Shown: positions 51,434 to 59,742 of the stretch, piece by piece
Numbering within the stretch: position 1 is the first letter of the stretch
Layout: every line of letters begins with the position of its first letter
Origin: a bacterium
Lineage (GTDB): Bacteria > Hinthialibacterota > Hinthialibacteria > Hinthialibacterales > Hinthialibacteraceae
Reading direction: 5' to 3'
DNA: 64,000 nt
Assembly (NCBI GenBank): GCA_963662285.2
Contig: CAXXMV010000002.1
Location: forward strand, 1,536,001 to 1,600,000
Made by a program: the position numbers and the translations under genes
The notes under the pieces: generated by a model
The model's database searches: none
Told to the model about the DNA's origin: nothing
Seen by the model: the letters and a program-made list of their open reading frames with translations, nothing else

Positions 51434-54400
51434 CTATTCGGGGTAATTCAGGTTGATTCTGATTTGCCCATCGTTAACTTGCGTCTGTTGTTCGTTGACT
51501 TGAATTAGTAGCGGTTCTGTCTGGGCGCCTGCTAAGTCGAACTTCACTGACATCAGGTTGCTTTGGCCTTGTTGCAATGGCGTTCCCAAGGCGCCTGAAA
51601 GAATCAAGCGGCCTGGCTCTGAATCGTTGACGGCCAGCAACCCTGATGGAACCAGCCATCCGCTTGCCGCCCCGTTGAATTGCAGTTGTTCTGGATTGTA
51701 CGACAGGTCTACGCGTAAACCTTGTACATCATCCGCATTATCGATTTGGAAGGTTACAATCCATGAACTATCCTGTTGCTCGAAGAGCACATTCATGTTT
51801 CGGGCGGTTTGGCGTTTTGATACTTTGCCAGCTGGCAGCGGTTCATCCGGCCCCCATTGATCGTGATCGGTATCCGCCGGGAACCAATCAATCAGCAAGG
51901 CGTATTTTTGCAGAACCAGCGATGCGTCCAGCGTTCCCGCTACATCATCGTCGTTCACATCGGCTGCTATCGGGAAATTAAGCCAAGGCTGCAAAGGATC
52001 GGGATAGTATTCAGGATAATCTAGTACTGGATAGCCAGGGAAACTGTCTATTAATTCAGCGTTGAATTGCAGCAATAGCGATGCATCGACTGAGCCTGCT
52101 TGGGCGTTGTCATTGAGGTCGCCCCACATGAAGGGGATGTATATCTTTATCACAAACTGTTGAGCAGGTGAGTAGTTGATCCCGCCATTGGCGACGCCGC
52201 CGCTGTCGAATAGAGTTGCGGTTGCATCAAACACGCCGTGAGTATTCAGGTTTGGCGTGAAGCGCAAGGTTCCACCTGCATCGATGGTTGGCGATGCCGA
52301 GAACAATTCGGGATTACTGGTTTCAACGTCGAACCAAACTATCTGAGATGATTCGTTCGCCGGACCAGTGCTGATATCTGTCGCCCATGCGGGAAATGTA
52401 TGCTGCCCGCCAGTGGCGTTGAGAACCACCGCAGTAGCGCCCGCGATGAAGGATGGAGCGTCATTAACCGGATCGACTGTGATGCTGAATACAAACGGCG
52501 TCGAACTATCAATGCCGCCGTTAGTGGTTCCACCGGAGTCATGCAGCACGGCGGTGGCGTTGCAAATACCATACTCGTCGGAAGCCAGCGTATAACGCAG
52601 CGTTCCTGACGCATCGATGGTTGGTTGAACAAAGAACAGCGATGTATTATCAATATCCAATGTAAAATTCAAATCCTGCCAAGATTCATAGGCTATACCG
52701 GGGCTGATGTTCGTAGCCCAACCAATGATTTCATGAGCGCCGGAATCTTCCAAAACAACTTGGTTCGCTCCACCTATAAAATACGGCTGATGGTTTGGAC
52801 CAAGCACGGTGGCGCTCCAGATTTCTGTACTGAAAGCGATGGCATCTTCGTTGAGACTTGTTAGCGGAGTGAAGCTGACAGATATAGGCGTAAAGTCGGC
52901 TAACGTCTCGTTGACATGTAATTGGAATTTCATCAACGACCCAGGGCCGCTCGCTAAAGCCTCCGTAGCGCTGGCGCAGGTAAAAATGGCTATTTCAGGG
53001 CTGGCGCTATTAACAACCAAAGGCCCCCAACCGTTTTCTGTAGAGGTTCCCACCTTGGTCGCTGAACCTGGGACGTAGGTTACTTTGCTAGGATCAAGGT
53101 CTAGGGCTATGCGGTAGCCGACGATGTCTGAAGCATCGGAGATGTTAACGGTGATTTCTACGTCTTGATTTCGGTGGACGTTGAGGTTGGTGGGTTGGAG
53201 AGTGAGTATGGGATCATCTGAAGATAAAGACATAATCCATGTATCATCATGCCATATTCCACTATCATCTGCGCCACCATATAGAATCAGCTGATCATTA
53301 GCAGAATCATAGACCATTGGTGCATAATATCTTTCAGGTCCATTGTCTGTCAGCAATTCCCATTGTGTTCCATCCCATACCCACGTTTCAGATTTCATAT
53401 CAAAGTTCGGATAATTACTTGCGCCTCCATAAAGTATTATCCTATCTTTGTGACTATCATATGCCATTGAGGGAGCATAAAGATCGCCAGGAGTTTCATC
53501 GGGTATCAAATTCCAATTATTTCCATCCCACAGCCAAGTACTTTCTACATAAGAAGAATCCATTCCACCATATAAAACAGTGTTATTATTAATCATATCA
53601 TAAGACATGCCGAAAACGCTTCGGGCGGATGGCCCCGTATTGGTTGGATTATACCACTGTGCGCCATCCCATTCCCACGTATCACCTAAACGTCCAACAG
53701 CATTGCCGCCACCGAAAAGAACAATCTTTTCTCTTACTGGATCGTGAGTAATTTGGAAAAAGGTACGAGGTGTTGGTTTAATTCCGACAGGGGTAAGATC
53801 GATCCAATTATAACCATTCCATATCCATAAATCATTCAAATAATTTTGATTTGGATAAGTCCCGCCGAACATAACTACTTGATTTCCTGTCGAATCGTAG
53901 GTCATCCCTTGACCATATCGTATATGTGGAATTGTAGATGGAAATAATTGTTCCCATTGAGCTCCATTCCATTGCCATGTGTTTTGCATTGCATTTCCAT
54001 TAGAAATGGAAGCCCCTCCAAAGAGAATAACTTCTTCGCTTGACTCATCATATGACATATTAGCCCAGCGAACACCTGGGCCAGTTGTTGATACTAACTG
54101 CCACACATAGTGGGGTTGAACTGTGATGCTGGCGCCGGTGATGGATGATGGAGTGATATCGTTGCCATTCGTATCCGCCAAATCTATTATTTCCAGAGTT
54201 ATATCCGTTTGGCCAATCGAGAGGGCGGTCAAATTGATCGTGGCCACGTTTATGATTCCTGTTGGAGCCGACATGCTTCCGGTGTTGACATCCAGAAAGA
54301 TCGCTTCACCTGGCGTGGTTAGATTGACCTGGTTGGGCGCGCCGAATTCGGTCGCCGTACCAGCGGTGATGGAATCGACTGTGAGAATGCTATCATCCCA

Positions 54401-54589
54401 TGTCAACCGCGCACGATAATTCCCCAGTGCGCTTGCGCCAACATCGAAGACTAGCGAAACATCACCAGATGCGCCATTCACCAGGCTTAGCGAGCCGGGA
54501 GTAAGGCTTCCGGTTGCGGCATAGGTTGTTATTGATAAACCAATAACCAACGAAAATATCAAGGAAAATATACGAGATGCTGTATTCAT
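51434..54589 (-). CDS. Array member 2: extra N-terminal cohesin, Kelch-type propeller, shared stalk
   Basis: LGNYRARLTWDDSILTV..NVATINLTAL..DLADTNG (cohesin-like); six M.YD....V.LFGG....DTW.WDG..W repeats; stalk ~51434-53210. Confidence 0.85.
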   Translation of the reverse strand: MNTASRIFSLIFSLVIGLSITTYAATGSLTPGSLSLVNGASGDVSLVFDVGASALGNYRARLTWDDSILTVDSITAGTATEFGAPNQVNLTTPGEAIFLDVNTGSMSAPTGIINVATINLTALSIGQTDITLEIIDLADTNGNDITPSSITGASITVQPHYVWQLVSTTGPGVRWANMSYDESSEEVILFGGASISNGNAMQNTWQWNGAQWEQLFPSTIPHIRYGQGMTYDSTGNQVVMFGGTYPNQNYLNDLWIWNGYNWIDLTPVGIKPTPRTFFQITHDPVREKIVLFGGGNAVGRLGDTWEWDGAQWYNPTNTGPSARSVFGMSYDMINNNTVLYGGMDSSYVESTWLWDGNNWNLIPDETPGDLYAPSMAYDSHKDRIILYGGASNYPNFDMKSETWVWDGTQWELLTDNGPERYYAPMVYDSANDQLILYGGADDSGIWHDDTWIMSLSSDDPILTLQPTNLNVHRNQDVEITVNISDASDIVGYRIALDLDPSKVTYVPGSATKVGTSTENGWGPLVVNSASPEIAIFTCASATEALASGPGSLMKFQLHVNETLADFTPISVSFTPLTSLNEDAIAFSTEIWSATVLGPNHQPYFIGGANQVVLEDSGAHEIIGWATNISPGIAYESWQDLNFTLDIDNTSLFFVQPTIDASGTLRYTLASDEYGICNATAVLHDSGGTTNGGIDSSTPFVFSITVDPVNDAPSFIAGATAVVLNATGGQHTFPAWATDISTGPANESSQIVWFDVETSNPELFSASPTIDAGGTLRFTPNLNTHGVFDATATLFDSGGVANGGINYSPAQQFVIKIYIPFMWGDLNDNAQAGSVDASLLLQFNAELIDSFPGYPVLDYPEYYPDPLQPWLNFPIAADVNDDDVAGTLDASLVLQKYALLIDWFPADTDHDQWGPDEPLPAGKVSKRQTARNMNVLFEQQDSSWIVTFQIDNADDVQGLRVDLSYNPEQLQFNGAASGWLVPSGLLAVNDSEPGRLILSGALGTPLQQGQSNLMSVKFDLAGAQTEPLLIQVNEQQTQVNDGQIRINLNYPE

Positions 54590-54648
54590 TTTTATAATCC
54601 TTTCAGAAATATAATTATTCTAAACAGGTTCAAGAATTAAAAAACAAT

Positions 54649-54813
54649 TTATGATAAAGTCGATCTTAATCCGACTAAATATTGTCCAAGGATCATGGCG
54701 TCGGTTGTGTCGATATCACCATCGCTGTCAATATCACCTCTTTCTTGCGCATGAGTGAGAGAGGGGATTAAGATAAGCGCCAGTAACATACATAAAACGA
54801 TACGTGTCTTCAT
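54649..54813 (-). CDS. 54-aa secreted mini-protein: signal peptide plus a single dockerin-type Ca-loop/helix (below the ORF-track cutoff)
   Basis: Hand translation MKTRIVLCMLLALILIPSLTHAQERGDIDSDGDIDTTDAMILGQYLVGLRSTLS*; RBS GGAAGGAGGA; paralogous to the 5' end of 54961-55875. Confidence 0.75.
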   Translation of the reverse strand: MKTRIVLCMLLALILIPSLTHAQERGDIDSDGDIDTTDAMILGQYLVGLRSTLS

Positions 54814-54960
54814 GGGATAATCCTCCTTCCATGATTGAGGATGTTTTCAATCTTCTAACCACCTGTATGTCTATATTTTTTCGTATTAAGTTCTTGTTCA
54901 GTTTTCAATTCCATTGGTTTATTGCACAAAATCATTGCCATGTGTCTAAGAGAATAAGCG

Positions 54961-55875
54961 TCAAGGATGCAACCTCAGGAGCCGGATTCCAAACTGGGTG
55001 TCGTGGTAGAGGGGCGTGATTTGGTAGCGATAAGCCGACTGTAAGGCTCCCCCGGCACCGGTGGAGGTCCAGCAGCCACCGCGAGCGACACGGTTCGAGC
55101 CTGATGAAGAACCTTGAGGATCAGTTTGATTACTAGACGTATAACTTTCATACCAGTTCTGGCACCACTCAAAAACATTGCCGCTCATGTCAAATAAGCC
55201 CCATGGATTGGGCAATTTTAGTCCTACTGGTTGAGTTCCATGTTCTTCTGCGTGGGGTAATGTCCAATTAGGAGAACGTGCATTATTCTGATACCAGCAG
55301 TATTGTTTTATGATGTCTTCCGCGTCGCTGTAACCCCAATAATGGATATCTGTAGTCCCCGCACGGCAGGCGTACTCCCATTCCGCCTCCGTTGGTAAGC
55401 GAAATGTACCTAACCCCAGTTGGTTTAGATTAGTAATAAACACTTGGCTATCATCCCAAGATACTGTTTCAACTGGGTTGTTCGGATTTCCGCTGAAACC
55501 GGAAGGATTACTGCCCATTACGGCTTGCCACTGCGCCTGGGTAACTTCGTATTTTCCTAAGTAAAAATTCTGCGTAAGAGTGACTTGATGCTGTGGCCCA
55601 TATGTTGGCGATCCCATAATGAACGTCCCCGCAGGAATCAGTGTCATTTCTAGCGCTATCGCTTCAACTGGGAGGTTTGGAATATTGATTACGATTGTCT
55701 CGAGAGCAGGAGCAGACAATGAATCTCGAAGCCCTACCAAATATTGTTCGAGTATCATGGCGTCGGTGGTGTCGATATCACCGTCTCCGTCAATATCTCC
55801 GTTGACTTGTGCCTGAGTGAGAGAGGGAATTAAGATAAGCGCCAGTAATATACATAAAACGATACGAATCTTCAT
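54961..55875 (-). CDS. Secreted single-dockerin-motif plus FGE/SUMF1 domain protein
   Basis: MKIRIVLC signal; GDIDGDGDIDTTDAMILEQYLVG; FRLPTEAEWEYACRAG, PNPWGLFDMSGNVFEWC, FGIRL. Confidence 0.85.
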   Translation of the reverse strand: MKIRIVLCILLALILIPSLTQAQVNGDIDGDGDIDTTDAMILEQYLVGLRDSLSAPALETIVINIPNLPVEAIALEMTLIPAGTFIMGSPTYGPQHQVTLTQNFYLGKYEVTQAQWQAVMGSNPSGFSGNPNNPVETVSWDDSQVFITNLNQLGLGTFRLPTEAEWEYACRAGTTDIHYWGYSDAEDIIKQYCWYQNNARSPNWTLPHAEEHGTQPVGLKLPNPWGLFDMSGNVFEWCQNWYESYTSSNQTDPQGSSSGSNRVARGGCWTSTGAGGALQSAYRYQITPLYHDTQFGIRLLRLHP

Positions 55876-55931
55876 AATAAAATCCTCTTTAAATAAGTTT
55901 GCATGTCTAATGGACATAATTGTGTTTAACT

Positions 55932-58900
55932 TTAATGGATCATCCACTCACGAACATCCGTCGGGCTGCTTACATCAATAACTTGTATGCTAACAGATGT
56001 AAGTTGAATCTGACCATCATTAATTTGCGTCATTTCCTCATCGATGTTGATCAGAATTGATCCTACCGCATTTTCCTTTCTGTCGAATTTGACCAGGATC
56101 AAATCACTCGCGCCTTCACCCAGGGGCGCCATCAAGGCGCCTGCTATTATGAAGCGGCCTGGTTCGAGGTTATTGGTGACTATCATGCCGTTGGGGATCA
56201 GCCATTGGGTTTCTGGTTCGTCTACGTTTACTTGGGATGGATCGTAGCGCAGGACGAGACGGACTCCGCTGAGTTGATCTGCATTGTCAATTTTGAAATT
56301 GATAAAATATGAATCGCCGACCGTATCTACTGAAACGCTCATGGTTCTCGCAACGCTGCGCATACCGACTTTGCCCGCTGGCAGTGGAGCATCCGGCCCC
56401 CAATCGTCGTGATCGGTATCTGCGGGGAACCAATCAATCAACAGAGCGTATTGCTGCATGATCAGTGAGGCGTCTACGGTTCCGGCAATATCATCGTTAT
56501 TTACATCAGCTGCGGCGGGGAAATTGAGCCACGGGTGGATCGGGTCTGGATAGTATTCGGGATACTGCGCAACCGGATAACCGGGGAAAGCATCGACCAA
56601 TTCAGCGTCGAATTGCAGCAGCAGCGATGCATCAACCGAACCGGCCTGCGCGTTGTCATTCAAGTCGCCCCACATAAACGGGATGTAGATTTTGGTTACG
56701 TAATACTGAGGCGCGGAGGTTTCAACTCCTCCATTAGCGGTTCCGCCTCCGTCATTCATCACCACTGTTGCGCTGACGACGCCATGCGCTCCAACGTATG
56801 GCGTGAACTGTAATGCGCCTGACGCGTCTATGGTCGGCGTAGCGGAGAATATTTCGGCTTGTTCCGTCTGAACTATGAAAGAGGGAACCTGGCTAGATTC
56901 GTTGGGCGGCCCAACATTGATTCCCGTAATCCAGTTATACAATGTATGCTGACCGCCAGTGGCGTTGAGCACAACCGGCGTCGCTCCAACGATGAATGAA
57001 GGCTGGTCGTTGACCGGCAAAATTTCTATGGTGAAATGATATGGCGTTGACTGGTCGATTCCACCATAGGCCGTCCCGCCGTCGTCATGCAGAATGGCGG
57101 TAGCATCGCAGACGCCAAACGCATTTGCAGAGGGAGTATAATACAATGCGCCCGATATCGGATCGATCCAGGGAGATTCTGAGAATAAACCGGGATTGCT
57201 GTTATCGACGGTGAAATAGACCGATTGTCCTGATTCACTTGATGGCCCCGGCTCGATATTGGTAGCCCAATTAGCATGATTTATTTGCGGAGAATCTTCC
57301 AGCGCGATCTGATTAGGGCCGCCGTCAAAGGTTGGCGGTTGGTTTGGTCCGAGAACAGTTGCATTCCAGATATCCGCCTTAAAAGCCATGGCGTCTTCGT
57401 TGAGGCTGGTCAGGGGATTAAATGAAATAGTGATATTTTCGAGAGATGTAAAACTATCTTCTACATGAACCTGAAATTTCATAAGCGTTGCAGAATCACT
57501 GGAAATTGCTCCGCTGGCGCTGGCGCATGCAAAAATGGCAAGCGCCGGATTGGAGTCATTAACAAATATGGGGCCCCAGCCCGTTTCAGTTGATGTACCA
57601 ACCTTGGTCGCCGAACCGGGGACGTAAGTCACCTTGTTTGGATCAAGGTCCAGGGCGACGCGGTAGCCCACGGTAGAAGAGATATTGTTGGTTAACCGTA
57701 TGGTCAACTCTATGTTCTGATCAGGATTGACGGTAATGTCATCTGGTTCCAACGATAATTCGGGAATTGTAAAAGCATAGACCGAACCTGCATCAACGAC
57801 TCCATCAACATTATCAAGGCGGGCGCTAACCAGCGCGATGCCTCCAGAGAGTGTAACCACTCCAAACAAGTCGTTAGTTCCAAGATCATCGGGTTCCAGA
57901 ATAAGATTCGGGTAATGGATGCTTTGACTTTCCCAACCTGAATCCGGTTTTCTAAAAAGATACGCTATACCCTTTGAAGCATAGGTCGGGGCGCCGATAA
58001 GGACTGCATTATCATCAATTGAATTTGAATACCCGAACTTACCTCCAACAGCGCTGGACGGGTCTTTTTGTAATTGAGCGGTCTCCGTCATATCCGTCCA
58101 GCCGCTTGCGGGCTTCTCAAAAAGATATGTCGTGTTTTCATCAACAGAGGAATCACTGGCCGCTGATACGATGACAGTATTATTATCAATTGCAACATCG
58201 TAGCCGAACTGATCACCGGTTATGCCATCAGAAGCCGTTAAGGTCGCATCGGGGAACAAGGTTCCAGACCACCCGCCGCCTGGTTTAACAAATATATATG
58301 ACTTGCCATTGCCCGAATCATCAACTTGAGGAGAACCAATGACGACTGTATCTCCTGATATATCTACTTCCCAACCAAATTCATCTTTAGATTGCAGACC
58401 AATGACTGATAACGACGCATTCTCAGTAAGCGTTCCAGACCATCCCGTTATAGGTTTTTGGAATATATAAGCGCCCCCGGCGTCACTATTTTCCCCATAG
58501 GCGCCAATAACAACTGTGTCGCCAGACATCGATACTGATTTCCCAAAATCATCATTTCCGGGAAAAGTTGATAACAAGGTTGCATCTGCTATCAAGGTTC
58601 CAGACCAACCGCCCGAAGGTTTAGTAAAGATATATGCATATCCCTTGTAATTAACCGTATTCTTTTTATATGGAACTCCAACGCAAATCACATCACTGGA
58701 AATGGCGACGGCGCGTCCAAATTGGTCATTCGTAACAGGAGAGGGATTAATCAGGGTTGCGGATTTTATCCAATCGCCATTGCTCCGGGTATACACATAC
58801 GCTATTCCGGCATTTATTATGGTATTGAAATCCTTGAGAGGTTCACCGATTACCGCGATATCGCCTTCAATTGACAACTCATGACCGAACCGGGCGTTGG

Positions 58901-59060
58901 TCTCAGGAGGATCGGAAAGAATCTTTAAATCGGGCGCTATTATTTCCGCATCACAATATGCTGACAATGAAAAACTCAAAACCATTGTAAGGCATATAAT
59001 TGAAATTCTCATAAATTCATATTTTTCGATCTTTGAGATCATGATAATTATCCCTTTCAT
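55932..59060 (-). CDS. Array member 1: 7x FG-GAP (integrin-alpha-like) propeller, diverged stalk, C-terminal sorting-like motif
   Basis: Seven FG..V.ISGD.VVIGA-type blades; same cohesin/cadherin/dockerin/cohesin order; extended C-terminus ..IDVSSPTDVREWMIH. Exact start uncertain. Confidence 0.85.
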   Translation of the reverse strand: MKGIIIMISKIEKYEFMRISIICLTMVLSFSLSAYCDAEIIAPDLKILSDPPETNARFGHELSIEGDIAVIGEPLKDFNTIINAGIAYVYTRSNGDWIKSATLINPSPVTNDQFGRAVAISSDVICVGVPYKKNTVNYKGYAYIFTKPSGGWSGTLIADATLLSTFPGNDDFGKSVSMSGDTVVIGAYGENSDAGGAYIFQKPITGWSGTLTENASLSVIGLQSKDEFGWEVDISGDTVVIGSPQVDDSGNGKSYIFVKPGGGWSGTLFPDATLTASDGITGDQFGYDVAIDNNTVIVSAASDSSVDENTTYLFEKPASGWTDMTETAQLQKDPSSAVGGKFGYSNSIDDNAVLIGAPTYASKGIAYLFRKPDSGWESQSIHYPNLILEPDDLGTNDLFGVVTLSGGIALVSARLDNVDGVVDAGSVYAFTIPELSLEPDDITVNPDQNIELTIRLTNNISSTVGYRVALDLDPNKVTYVPGSATKVGTSTETGWGPIFVNDSNPALAIFACASASGAISSDSATLMKFQVHVEDSFTSLENITISFNPLTSLNEDAMAFKADIWNATVLGPNQPPTFDGGPNQIALEDSPQINHANWATNIEPGPSSESGQSVYFTVDNSNPGLFSESPWIDPISGALYYTPSANAFGVCDATAILHDDGGTAYGGIDQSTPYHFTIEILPVNDQPSFIVGATPVVLNATGGQHTLYNWITGINVGPPNESSQVPSFIVQTEQAEIFSATPTIDASGALQFTPYVGAHGVVSATVVMNDGGGTANGGVETSAPQYYVTKIYIPFMWGDLNDNAQAGSVDASLLLQFDAELVDAFPGYPVAQYPEYYPDPIHPWLNFPAAADVNNDDIAGTVDASLIMQQYALLIDWFPADTDHDDWGPDAPLPAGKVGMRSVARTMSVSVDTVGDSYFINFKIDNADQLSGVRLVLRYDPSQVNVDEPETQWLIPNGMIVTNNLEPGRFIIAGALMAPLGEGASDLILVKFDRKENAVGSILINIDEEMTQINDGQIQLTSVSIQVIDVSSPTDVREWMIH

Positions 59061-59427
59061 ATTTCCGGTTCATGGCTGGATCGTAAACATGGATATCTAT
59101 AAAAAAATGATAAATTCGATGCTTACGAACCAATGCGATATTGTTCTGATTTTTTAATAATTATGGGTATAACAAAATAAGTAAAATAGGAAACAGAGGA
59201 GAATATTTGGTGAAAGCCAGCCCCATTTTATTAAGTAATGGTTAATACAGAGATCTAATTTAACGCCTAAACGTATCAATCGCAAAAATAATACTAGATT
59301 AATAGAACGAAATAGTGCAAAATTATACAAAAACGTAAAGAATACAGAATCACTAATAATATATATTTTATAATATAAGTAAATATTTTAGTCAAGAGCA
59401 ATTATATAAATTAACTATAATTTAATC

Positions 59428-59455
59428 TTTAGTATTTAGTATTTAGTATTTAGTA
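59428..59455. repeat. (TTTAGTA)4 tandem repeat in the AT-rich divergent intergenic region
   Basis: TTTAGTATTTAGTATTTAGTATTTAGTA. Confidence 0.8.
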
Positions 59456-59630
59456 TGTATAAGGTTGTAAAGTTAGATTATTATTAATAGAAGTGTTCTG
59501 ATTTTCGGAGCAAACGCACCAAGAAGTAAACTTTGGTCTAAGATTTGGATTTGTATTAGAACGCCTTCCGGAATCATATTCATTATCAATATCATATATT
59601 CTCGCCCTCTCTCACCTTATCATAAATATG

Positions 59631-59730
59631 CCAACAATTGTGTTGCCAACAAAATTGTTGCAGAAATATATTGACAAACTCGATACACCGATGTATTATA
59701 CCAACATAATTGTTGCCAACAGATTTGTTG
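59631..59730 (+). promoter_or_regulatory. Sigma70 promoter flanked by four 15-bp palindromic operators
   Basis: CCAACA-N4-TGTTG at 59631, 59646, 59701 and 59716; TTGACA 59671-59676 and TATTAT 59694-59699 (17-bp spacer). Confidence 0.8.
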
Positions 59731-59742
59731 GAGGTGAATGAA

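Noticed and set aside
35069-53078. Recurrent antisense and alternative-frame ORFs (MLWPCCNGVPK.., MNYPAARR.., MIMHRCSLF..)
   Set aside because: They recur only because the stalk DNA is repeated; they are shadow frames without independent coding evidence
31799-55875. Diversity-generating retroelement targeting the two FGE (C-type-lectin fold) genes
   Set aside because: No reverse transcriptase or Avd gene in the window. I found no adenine-only-mismatch template repeat of either 3' end, and the only nearby duplication (54649-54813) copies the 5' end. A remote DGR cannot be excluded.
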